NCBI GenBank assembly: GCA_964479425.1
Contig: CAYZMD010000002.1
Coordinates: 1-44,482, forward strand
DNA from: an uncultured Methanosarcinales archaeon
GTDB taxonomy: Archaea > Nanobdellota > Nanobdellia > Woesearchaeales > CAYSVS01
Direction: 5' to 3'
Length of the DNA: 44,482 nucleotides
The notes beneath the pieces were generated by a model. The model did not search any database. It was not told where the DNA came from and saw nothing but the letters and a program-made list of their open reading frames with translations. Positions 1 through 7,478 of the stretch are shown one piece after another; the stretch's first letter is position 1, and each line of letters begins with the position of its first letter. The position numbers and the translations under genes are program-made.

Positions 1-222
1 AATAATTTTGATAAAAATAACTATTTGATTAAAAATTATTCACGCTTATTAAAAATAATAAATAAAGAAGATAAAAACATAATTGACTGGATTCTTAATA
101 ATAATTTTTATTTTGATCAACTAATTGAAATTGAAAGAATAGAAAAAAAGAAGGATGTTTATTCTATAAAAGTCAATAGTGATTGCCATTCTTTTATTGC
201 AAATGGATTTATTAATCACAAT
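1..222 (+). mobile_element. C-terminal part of an intein inserted in gyrA (N-terminal part lies outside the window)
   Basis: The translation ...VYSIKVNSDCHSFIANGFINHN|TEARL... shows intein blocks F/G ending in His-Asn (nt 217-222). The next residue is Thr+1 (223-225), where GyrA extein sequence resumes. The preceding 60 residues have no GyrA character. Confidence 0.75.
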
Positions 223-2454
223 ACTGAAGCAAGACTTAAAAAAATTGCTGAACAATTACTTGTTGATATTGATAAAGATACTATAGATTTTAGACCTAAT
301 TTTGATGGAAGTCTAAAAGAACCAATTGTTTTACCATCTAAATTACCTAATCTGTTAATTAATGGTAGTTCAGGAATTGCAGTCGGTATGGCAACTAATA
401 TTCCACCACATAATGTTGGCGAAATTATTGATGGTACAATTGCATTAATTGAGAATCCTGAGATTGAAATTGAGGGATTAATGGAACATGTTAAAGGTCC
501 GGATTTTCCAACAGGCGGTAAAATATGTGGAAGAATGGGAATTCTTGGTGCATATAATTACGGTAGAGGAAAAATAATAGTTAGAGCAAAAATAGAACAA
601 ATAGAAGAAGGGAATAGGCAAAAATTAATTGTTAAAGAAATTCCATATATGGTAAATAAAACTAATCTTATTAATCAAATTGCAGATTGTGTACGAAATA
701 AAAGAATCACTGGAATCTCTGATTTAAGAGATGAGTCAGACAGAGAAGGAATGAGAATAGTTGTTGAACTAAAGAAAGATTCTAATCCTCAAATAGTTGA
801 AAATCAATTATATAAAATGACAAGTATGCAGACTACTTTTGGAGTTATATTATTAGCGCTTGATAAAAATGTACCAAGAGTAATGAATCTGAAACAAGTA
901 CTTGAAAAATACGTAGAACATAGACAAGAAGTTGTAAGAAGAAGAACTAATTTTGAATTAAATAAAGCACAAAAAAGAGCGCATATTTTGGAAGGACTAA
1001 TTGTTGCATTAGACAATATTGATGAAGCTATAAAGTTAATTAAAGCGTCAAAATCAGCAGAAGTTGCTTTAGGATTATTAACATCAAGATTTGAATTAAG
1101 TAAAGAACAATCACAAGCAATCTTGGATATGAAATTACAAAGATTAACTAATCTTGAACAAAATAAAATAAAAGAAGAGCATGCTAATCTTATGAATATA
1201 ATTGCTGAACTTACTGCAATTTTAGCAGATGAACAAAAAGTATTATCAATAATAAAAGAAGAATTACTTGAACTAAAAGAAAAATATGAAGACGAGAGAA
1301 GAACTGAATTTATTGCAGGAGATGAATCTATTCTTGACATTGAAGATTTAATAAAAGAAGAAAAAATGGTTGTTACTGCAACACACGCAGGATATATCAA
1401 AAGAACTCCTCTAAACATATACAAACAACAAAAAAGAGGAGGAAAAGGAATAATTGCAACTGGCACAAAAGAAGAAGATTTTGTTGAGCATTTATTTGTT
1501 GCAAGTACACATAGCTACGTATTATTCTTTACAGATAAGGGTCAAGTTCATTGGCTTAAAGTATATAGAATGCCAGAGGCATCAAGACAAGCAAAAGGAA
1601 AAGCTGTTGTAAACTTACTCGATATTGCTGCTAACGCAAAAGTAACTGCATTAGTCAAAGTAAAAGATTTTGACGATAAACATAATTTAATAATGGCAAC
1701 GAAAAAAGGAATTGTCAAAAAAGTAAATTTATCTGCTTTTTCAAAACCAAGAAAAGGTGGAATAAGAGCAATTACACTCGATGAAGATGACTATTTAATT
1801 AATGTTGAATTGACTGATGGGGAAAGAGAAATAATTGTTGGTACTAAAAATGGAATGGCAATCAAATTTAAAGAAAAGAATGTCAGAACGATTGGAAGAA
1901 CTGGTAGAGGAGTAAGAGGAATAAGATTAAAACAGGATGATGAAGTTGTTGGAATGGAAATTGCAACAAACAAAAAAACTCTACTAACAATAACAAAAAA
2001 TGGATATGGAAAACAAACACCGTCAACAGACTATAGATTAATAGGAAGAGGCGGAACTGGTGTTATAAACATTAAAACAACAGACAGAAATGGAGAAGTT
2101 GTTGCAATAAAAAGTGTATATCCTGATAATGATATTATGTTTATTAGCCAACAAGGAATTATTATTAGAACACCTGTATCAGGAATAAGCACAATAGGAA
2201 GAAATACGCAAGGAGTAAGATTAATGAGATTAAGCTCAGATGACTACGTCGTTGCGGCTGCAAAAATTATTAATGAGGATAGAGACCCTAGCGATACAGA
2301 TGTTGAAAAAGAAAATGGCGAAAGAGAGCAAGAAAACGAACTTGCTGAAGAAACTATTGAAGAAAAAGAAGAGTTGGGCGACATAGAATTAAAAGATGAA
2401 CTTGAAGAAGAGACGAAGGAATTAGACGATGAAGTGCCTAGCGATATGCAATAA
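1..2454 (+). CDS. gyrA: DNA gyrase subunit A, 5'-partial (frame open to nt 1), interrupted by an intein
   Basis: There is no stop between nt 1 and the track's TTG at 25. From nt 223 the translation reads TEARLKKIAEQLL...PNLLINGSSGIAVGMATNIPPHN, the GyrA segment that follows the catalytic Tyr. A long coiled-coil/tower region and a repetitive beta-pinwheel-like C-terminal domain follow. The protein ends in an acidic D/E-rich tail. Confidence 0.9.
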   Translation, partial: NNFDKNNYLIKNYSRLLKIINKEDKNIIDWILNNNFYFDQLIEIERIEKKKDVYSIKVNSDCHSFIANGFINHNTEARLKKIAEQLLVDIDKDTIDFRPNFDGSLKEPIVLPSKLPNLLINGSSGIAVGMATNIPPHNVGEIIDGTIALIENPEIEIEGLMEHVKGPDFPTGGKICGRMGILGAYNYGRGKIIVRAKIEQIEEGNRQKLIVKEIPYMVNKTNLINQIADCVRNKRITGISDLRDESDREGMRIVVELKKDSNPQIVENQLYKMTSMQTTFGVILLALDKNVPRVMNLKQVLEKYVEHRQEVVRRRTNFELNKAQKRAHILEGLIVALDNIDEAIKLIKASKSAEVALGLLTSRFELSKEQSQAILDMKLQRLTNLEQNKIKEEHANLMNIIAELTAILADEQKVLSIIKEELLELKEKYEDERRTEFIAGDESILDIEDLIKEEKMVVTATHAGYIKRTPLNIYKQQKRGGKGIIATGTKEEDFVEHLFVASTHSYVLFFTDKGQVHWLKVYRMPEASRQAKGKAVVNLLDIAANAKVTALVKVKDFDDKHNLIMATKKGIVKKVNLSAFSKPRKGGIRAITLDEDDYLINVELTDGEREIIVGTKNGMAIKFKEKNVRTIGRTGRGVRGIRLKQDDEVVGMEIATNKKTLLTITKNGYGKQTPSTDYRLIGRGGTGVINIKTTDRNGEVVAIKSVYPDNDIMFISQQGIIIRTPVSGISTIGRNTQGVRLMRLSSDDYVVAAAKIINEDRDPSDTDVEKENGEREQENELAEETIEEKEELGDIELKDELEEETKELDDEVPSDMQ

Positions 2455-3502
2455 AGGATTTGAAGATATTTGTTCTTTAGAAATAAAAGAATTGATTGAA
2501 GTTGAGTGTAAAGAACTTGATTCTTGTGTTGAATTTGAAGCCAATGATGAACAGATGGCAAAGTTGTCTTATTTGAGTCAATCAATTAATAGATTACTAA
2601 TATTATTTGATAAGTTTAAATTTGGAAAAACAGATTTTAACTTTGATATTAAACTATTTAATAAAAAAACATTTTGTGTAAGGCACATTAAACAAGATTC
2701 TGAGATTGATGGATGTAAACTTGAAAGTGAAATAGGCGCAATCATGTTTAAAAAATTAAAAAGTAAAGTTGATTTAGAAAAGCCAGACATAACTGTGATT
2801 GCATTCATTAATGGAAATGACATTTTTTTAGGTGCAGACTTTTGTGGATATGACTTAGGAAAAAGAAGTTATAAAATTTATCTAACACCTAAGTCGCTAA
2901 AAGGAACATTGGCATATAGTTTAATGAGATATAGTGGGTATGACATAAGTAAAGTTTTTTTAGATTGCTTTGCTAATAATGGGATAATTCCTATTGAAAC
3001 AGTATTATTTACATCAGGGTTTTCAGTAAGAAATTTTGATAAAGATAAATTTAAATTTATTTCTGAAGATTTTGATTTGTCTAAATTTGATGTAGAAATA
3101 AAAAAAGATGCCAAAGTTATAGCATTCGATCATCTATTACCAAACATTGAGAAAATGAAAAAAAATGCTAAAATTGCTGGAATTCAAAAATTATTAAAAC
3201 CAAGCAAAGTAGATGTGGAATGGCTTGACACAAAATTAGATGAGAATAGCGTAGATATAATTTGTTCGCAATTTATAGAGTTAAGTAAAAGAACTGCAGA
3301 AAATATTGTAAAAAAAACATATAAAGAATTTTTTTATCAAGCAGAATTCATTCTTAAGAAAAAAGGAATTGTTGTTGCTTTATTACATCATCCTGAATTA
3401 TTAATTGAATTTGCTGAGAAAAGTAAATTTAAAGTCATTGAAAAAAGAGAAATTTATTCAGGGAAGGATAAGCTTGTTGCGGTTAAATTGCAATTGGAAT
3501 AA
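2429..3502 (+). CDS. THUMP-domain / UPF0020-type RNA methyltransferase-like protein with degenerate catalytic motifs
   Basis: The N-terminus MKCLAICNKGFEDICSLEIKELI and ...LKGTLAYSLMRYSGY... follow the THUMP-methylase layout. The expected DPxCGSGT is LDCFANNG and the expected NPPY is CSQF. The gene overlaps the gyrA end by 26 nt. Confidence 0.55.
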   Translation: MKCLAICNKGFEDICSLEIKELIEVECKELDSCVEFEANDEQMAKLSYLSQSINRLLILFDKFKFGKTDFNFDIKLFNKKTFCVRHIKQDSEIDGCKLESEIGAIMFKKLKSKVDLEKPDITVIAFINGNDIFLGADFCGYDLGKRSYKIYLTPKSLKGTLAYSLMRYSGYDISKVFLDCFANNGIIPIETVLFTSGFSVRNFDKDKFKFISEDFDLSKFDVEIKKDAKVIAFDHLLPNIEKMKKNAKIAGIQKLLKPSKVDVEWLDTKLDENSVDIICSQFIELSKRTAENIVKKTYKEFFYQAEFILKKKGIVVALLHHPELLIEFAEKSKFKVIEKREIYSGKDKLVAVKLQLE

Positions 3503-3513
3503 ATGTAATTCTT

Positions 3514-3532
3514 ACCAAAAGCTTTATAAATC
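3514..3532 (+). promoter_or_regulatory. Archaeal BRE/TATA promoter (ACCAAAAGCTTTATAAATC)
   Basis: A TTTATAAA box with an A-rich BRE-like 5' flank lies about 38 nt upstream of the GTG at 3568. Near-identical motifs occur at 11590 (+) and 19908 (-). Confidence 0.55.
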
Positions 3533-3567
3533 AATTTCCAATATATTCTAGAAAAGAGGTAAAATGG

Positions 3568-3825
3568 GTGAAACTAATAAAATTTTTACGTAAACCTAGT
3601 TATTTAGAAAAACTAATAGTTTTTGTAGGGATGTTCATATTAATTTTTGGATATATCCTTATGCATAAAATGCTAGTTGCCCAGAATTACCTACTCTCAT
3701 GGGATTTAATTCAAGCAATGTTCCTATGGATGATAATAGTAATCTTCCTGATTATCTTGGCAGTTGCTGAAAATATCAAAGAAGAACTAAAAAAAGAATT
3801 AAAATTATTAAGAAGGAAGAAGTAA
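3568..3825 (+). CDS. Small two-TM membrane protein (hypothetical), GTG start
   Basis: An 85-aa ORF with two hydrophobic helices and a basic K/E-rich tail. An AGAGGT Shine-Dalgarno-like site lies at 3555-3560. Confidence 0.45.
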   Translation: MKLIKFLRKPSYLEKLIVFVGMFILIFGYILMHKMLVAQNYLLSWDLIQAMFLWMIIVIFLIILAVAENIKEELKKELKLLRRKK

Positions 3826-3837
3826 TATTGAAATTAT

Positions 3838-4140
3838 GGTAGGAAAGTACTTTGCTTTCGGTCCTAGACTGAGGAAAGTCCGCCCACCGCGAAAAGCCAC
3901 TCGTTGAGATCTCGAAAGGGATGGCAACCACTCAGAAACGATACTTCCTGTGAATAATGGAATGATGTGGAGAAGGTTTTGGAGACAAAACTGAGCAACC
4001 CGCTGACGTCTTCATAGGGACAGATGAAACGGTGAGTCCTGGCTGGTGCAATCCAATTTTGGAGCTTAGTATAATGCAAAGACAGTCTGTTTATGCCTAG
4101 CGTAAAGACTGACAGAAGGCGGCTTATGCTTACTCTACCA
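3838..4140 (+). ncRNA. rnpB: RNase P RNA
   Basis: The universal CR-I GAGGAAAGUCCGCC (near 3871-3884) and CR-V ACAGAAGGCGGCUUAU (near 4112-4127) are present and can form P4. The termini GGUAG.../...CUCUACC can pair as P1. The segment is a G+C-rich island in AT-rich DNA. The 113-aa minus-strand ORF here is an artefact. Confidence 0.88.
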
Positions 4141-4176
4141 TAATATTTAAATAATTGATTAGGAAAACGATATAAA

Positions 4177-4365
4177 ATGGCAAAAGATAAAATTTCAATG
4201 CCCATGTCCGGCGGCGGATTAATGAGGTATTTCGACGATTACAAAAGTAAGATAGAATTCTCACCAGGAACTGTAATAATAATGATTCTTGTTGTAATAA
4301 TCATAATGATTATATTACATACATACGGTCCAGCTTTTATTAATACAAGCATAGCTGGTGTATAA
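4177..4365 (+). CDS. secG: Preprotein translocase subunit Sec61beta / archaeal SecG
   Basis: A 62-aa protein with the SGGGLMRYFDD motif followed by a single C-terminal TM helix, which is the typical archaeal Sec61beta layout. Confidence 0.8.
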   Translation: MAKDKISMPMSGGGLMRYFDDYKSKIEFSPGTVIIMILVVIIIMIILHTYGPAFINTSIAGV

Positions 4366-4366
4366 G

Positions 4367-4705
4367 ATGATACCAGGAATGAATCCTAGAAAGATGCAGG
4401 CAGCTATGAGAAAATTAGGCATAGCTCAACAAGAAATTGAGGCAACAGAAGTGATCATTAGATGCCCTGATAGAGATTTAATTATAAGAAATCCACAAGT
4501 TGCTAAAGTTAATATGATGGGACAAGATACTTTGCAAATAAATGGAGAAATTGAAGAGATTGAAAAAGATACAACTCCCGATTTAAATGAAGAAGATATA
4601 AAAACAGTAATGCAGCAAGCTGAAGTTGATAAAGAGACAGCCACAGAAGCCCTTAAACTAACAAAAGGAGATATTGCCGAAGCAATTATGGGTCTAAAAG
4701 AATAA
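4367..4705 (+). CDS. nac: Nascent polypeptide-associated complex protein (archaeal NAC)
   Basis: MIPGMNPRKMQAAMRKLGI... is a NAC domain and the C-terminal UBA-like region reads KETATEALKLTKGDIAEAI. I prefer the ATG at 4367 to the track's GTG at 4358. Confidence 0.88.
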   Translation: MIPGMNPRKMQAAMRKLGIAQQEIEATEVIIRCPDRDLIIRNPQVAKVNMMGQDTLQINGEIEEIEKDTTPDLNEEDIKTVMQQAEVDKETATEALKLTKGDIAEAIMGLKE

Positions 4706-4740
4706 AGTTTATTAACATATAATGTATTCTTTACTATTCT

Positions 4741-5223
4741 ATGGAACAATTTCAGGAATCTAATCTGAAGGCTAAAAAACATTTGCAAACAGCAGACCAC
4801 ATATTGTCTATGACATATCCACTAATAAAGGATCCAAAAATTCTTTTAACGGTGTTAGATAATATAAATAAGTCATTTCAATGCATGATGGATACAGTAC
4901 TCCAATATGATAGACTTTACAAAAGAATTCCAATTTATGCTGATAAATTTGAAGAAAAATATTTAATTTTCAAACAAAAAAGCGGAGCAAGATATAACTT
5001 TGATCCTGATTTTTTGGAAATGGCGCGAGAAATAAAAGAGACAATGCAAGCACACAAAAAAAGTCCTGTGGAATTTGCAAGAAAAAACAAATTTGTGATT
5101 TGCGACGACAAATATCAAACAAAGACAATTGAAGAAACATCTTTAAAAATATATATTGCAAAAGCAAAATTATATCATAAAATAGTACAAAACGTGTTTA
5201 AAAATGACAGAATATTTAATTGA
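4741..5223 (+). CDS. Hypothetical helical protein, paralogue of the next gene
   Basis: A 160-aa ORF and the first gene of an overlapping 4-gene unit. It shares the pattern A..h....DH[IL]..... with the 5204 ORF. Confidence 0.6.
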   Translation: MEQFQESNLKAKKHLQTADHILSMTYPLIKDPKILLTVLDNINKSFQCMMDTVLQYDRLYKRIPIYADKFEEKYLIFKQKSGARYNFDPDFLEMAREIKETMQAHKKSPVEFARKNKFVICDDKYQTKTIEETSLKIYIAKAKLYHKIVQNVFKNDRIFN

Positions 5224-5695
5224 TGCAAACGATGAATTCAAAAGAGTAGATCATTTGATATTTGTAAGTTTGAAATATACTAGGACAGTTGATGTTCTTA
5301 GAAGTGTAATTGAAAGAATGATTAATGGTTGTAGTTTTCTAATCAATGGATACATAAATTTAAAAAATGAAGAAAGAGAAATTGAAGATATTCCAGAAGC
5401 ACCTGGAGCAAAAGCTGAATTAATGAAACACTATTATGGTAATAATAGAGAAATTATCGAATATGTTGATTTTTATTTGTTTCTTAGAAGGTTAATAAGA
5501 GCTAAATTCACAAGAAGTACTGAGTTTAGAAGACATGTAACTATGACAAGTATAATGATTGATCCAGAAAGTGAAAGTGAATATATTGTTAAAGTTGATA
5601 TCGACCTCGTCCAAGAATATTTTATAAAAGTAAAAGGGTTCTTAGCTGATTATAAGAACAGAGTTCTTCCGGAAGAGAGTGATTTATATGACTAA
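5204..5695 (+). CDS. Hypothetical helical protein, paralogue of the previous gene
   Basis: A 163-aa ORF that overlaps its neighbours by 20 nt and 8 nt. Confidence 0.6.
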   Translation: MTEYLIDANDEFKRVDHLIFVSLKYTRTVDVLRSVIERMINGCSFLINGYINLKNEEREIEDIPEAPGAKAELMKHYYGNNREIIEYVDFYLFLRRLIRAKFTRSTEFRRHVTMTSIMIDPESESEYIVKVDIDLVQEYFIKVKGFLADYKNRVLPEESDLYD

Positions 5696-6476
5696 ATTTG
5701 TCGCATTATTAAGTGGAAAAGGTGGAGTTGGAAAAACTACAGCTACATTAAATTTGGGTGTTGCGCTAAAATATTACGGCAGAGATGTTGCAATAGTAGA
5801 CGCTAATATAACAATGCCAAATATAGCTTTACATTTAGGAAGCACTAACTTGCCAGTTTATTTTAATCATGTTTTAAAAAACCAAAAAAATATTCTTGAA
5901 TCAATATATAGACATCCTAGCGGAGTTAAGGTTATTCCAGCTAGTATAAATTATCAAGATGTTGAAGGTTCAAGCCTAAAAAATCTTAAAGCAAAATTAT
6001 CTGATCTAAATAATAATACAGAAATAACACTTATTGATTGTCCTCCTGGAATAGGAAAAGATGTTTTACATGTATTAAAAGCTGTAGACCAAGCAATTGT
6101 TGTTGCTAATCCTGATATTGTTTCTGTTACAGATGCACTAAGAACTGTACATTTTGCAGAAGAAAATGGAGTTACCGTATTAGGTGTATTATTAAATAAA
6201 GTAAGAGGAGATGCTCATGAAATGAGTGTTGATAATATTGAATCAATTATTGAAAAACCTGTCCTTGCTCAAATAAAACATGATGATAAAGTGAGGGAAG
6301 CAATTAATGCAAAACATCCAGTTGTTTTTGCGTTCCCTGATTCTAAAGCTAGTTCTAATTTCAAAGAATTAGCTGCAAAATTAATAGGAACAGTATATGT
6401 TGAACCAATTGAAGAAAAAGAAGAGGTACAACCAACATTTTTTGAAAAAATGCTTTCGATGTTGGGTTTAAAATGA
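5688..6476 (+). CDS. minD: MinD/ParA-family P-loop ATPase (archaeal MinD-like)
   Basis: The deviant Walker A LSGKGGVGKTT, the Walker B region ITLIDCPPG, and the overall length fit the family. ATG at 5688 is the preferred start. Confidence 0.88.
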   Translation: MTKFVALLSGKGGVGKTTATLNLGVALKYYGRDVAIVDANITMPNIALHLGSTNLPVYFNHVLKNQKNILESIYRHPSGVKVIPASINYQDVEGSSLKNLKAKLSDLNNNTEITLIDCPPGIGKDVLHVLKAVDQAIVVANPDIVSVTDALRTVHFAEENGVTVLGVLLNKVRGDAHEMSVDNIESIIEKPVLAQIKHDDKVREAINAKHPVVFAFPDSKASSNFKELAAKLIGTVYVEPIEEKEEVQPTFFEKMLSMLGLK

Positions 6477-6973
6477 AAAAAAAAATAAAAGAAAATCTAA
6501 TAAAAAAAGGTTGGAACCATGCTGAAGTAAGCAGGGTTGAATCAAGTTTTGCAGCACATAAGGTTCATGACAAATCAAATAGCAAAGCAAATCTTAATAG
6601 ACTAGTTTATTGGATGGCTTTACTTATTATCTCTATTTGCAATTTTGGAATTGCATTATTTTTAATCCCTTTCCTTATGGTTTTGGGAAGCGCTTTTTCG
6701 ACTGTAATAGTTTTAACGTTAGGTGCAATTTTTGGAATGCTATTTGCTTTCATTATAAAAGATATTGAAAATCTAGAAAGAAAACATCATATTTTTGCTA
6801 TGATTTTTATCCCGCTAATTGCACTCATAAATATTTTCATAATGGTTGAAGCAGCTAATTTCTTTGACAGATTTATACAAATAAATATGCAGCACAATCC
6901 ATGGATATTAAGTTCGTTGTATGTATTAGCGTTTATTATACCTTATTTCATATACAATATTCTTCAGCGATAG
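6473..6973 (+). CDS. Four-TM membrane protein (hypothetical), translationally coupled to minD
   Basis: It overlaps the minD stop by ATGA. It has a basic N-terminus and four hydrophobic helices. Confidence 0.6.
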   Translation: MKKKIKENLIKKGWNHAEVSRVESSFAAHKVHDKSNSKANLNRLVYWMALLIISICNFGIALFLIPFLMVLGSAFSTVIVLTLGAIFGMLFAFIIKDIENLERKHHIFAMIFIPLIALINIFIMVEAANFFDRFIQINMQHNPWILSSLYVLAFIIPYFIYNILQR

Positions 6974-6974
6974 A

Positions 6975-6982
6975 TTTATAAG
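6975..6982 (+). promoter_or_regulatory. TATA box (TTTATAAG) for tRNA-His
   Basis: It lies 26 nt upstream of the first tRNA nucleotide and sits just after the upstream stop codon. Confidence 0.4.
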
Positions 6983-7007
6983 TAATTTCTTTATGCTTTT
7001 ATGTTAT

Positions 7008-7080
7008 GGCGACTGTAGTGTAACGGTTAGCATTGGAGCCTGTGGAGCTCTAGGAGCGAGTTCGATTCTCGCCAGCCGCC
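7008..7080 (+). tRNA. tRNA-His (anticodon GTG at 7042-7044) with genomically encoded G-1
   Basis: The cloverleaf folds by hand. The acceptor stem is GCGACUG/CAGCCGC (one A:C mismatch), with the extra 5' G at 7008 opposite C73. The anticodon stem is GGAGC/GCUCU with loop CUGUGGA. The T arm is GCGAG-UUCGAUU-CUCGC. CCA is not encoded and a T5 run follows. Confidence 0.85.
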
Positions 7081-7093
7081 CTTTTTATCTAAA

Positions 7094-7477
7094 ATTAAAG
7101 AAATTGAAGCTAAATTTAAAATAAGTAATTCTGATTTTTTAAATAATGAGAAGATTAAAACTATTTCTTCAAATTATGTATATGATATTTATTTTGATTC
7201 TAATTAACTTAATCTAAAAGAAGAGGATAGAGTATTAAGAGTTAGAAAAGAAAATGAAAAGAGTTTTTTAGAATACAAAGGACCAAGAATTAAAGATTCA
7301 ACTTTAATAATAAGAGATGAATATGAACAAGAAATTTCTGATTTTGAAATGCTTTTAAAAATTCTTGAAAATTTAGAATTTGAGCCTATTGCAAAGGTTG
7401 AAAAAAAAAGAACAACAATGAAACATAGTGATTTTAATAATACAAAATTAGAATTACTGACCTTTACCCAAAAATAA
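7094..7477 (+). pseudogene. Decayed CYTH / class IV adenylyl cyclase (CyaB)-like triphosphate tunnel gene
   Basis: In one frame the translation reads IKEIEAKFKI...YVYDIYFDSN*LNLKEEDRVLRVRKENEKSFLEYKGPRIKDSTLIIRDEYEQEISDFEMLLKILENLEFEPIAKVEKKRT... This matches the CYTH pattern (EiE.KF, D.YFD, LRvR, ltyKGp, R.E.E). There is no ATG, an in-frame TAA sits at 7205-7207, and the C-terminal strands are missing. Confidence 0.55.
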
Positions 7478-7478
7478 A

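Noticed and set aside
804-2585. Minus-strand ORFs 804-1466, 1791-1973 and 2244-2585 inside gyrA.
   Set aside because: They are antisense to a confidently identified conserved gene, and their S/F/I-rich products are typical of antisense AT-rich coding DNA.
3864-4205. A 113-aa minus-strand ORF.
   Set aside because: It lies entirely across the RNase P RNA gene. It is open only because this G+C-rich RNA island lacks AT-rich stop codons, and it has no protein-like features.
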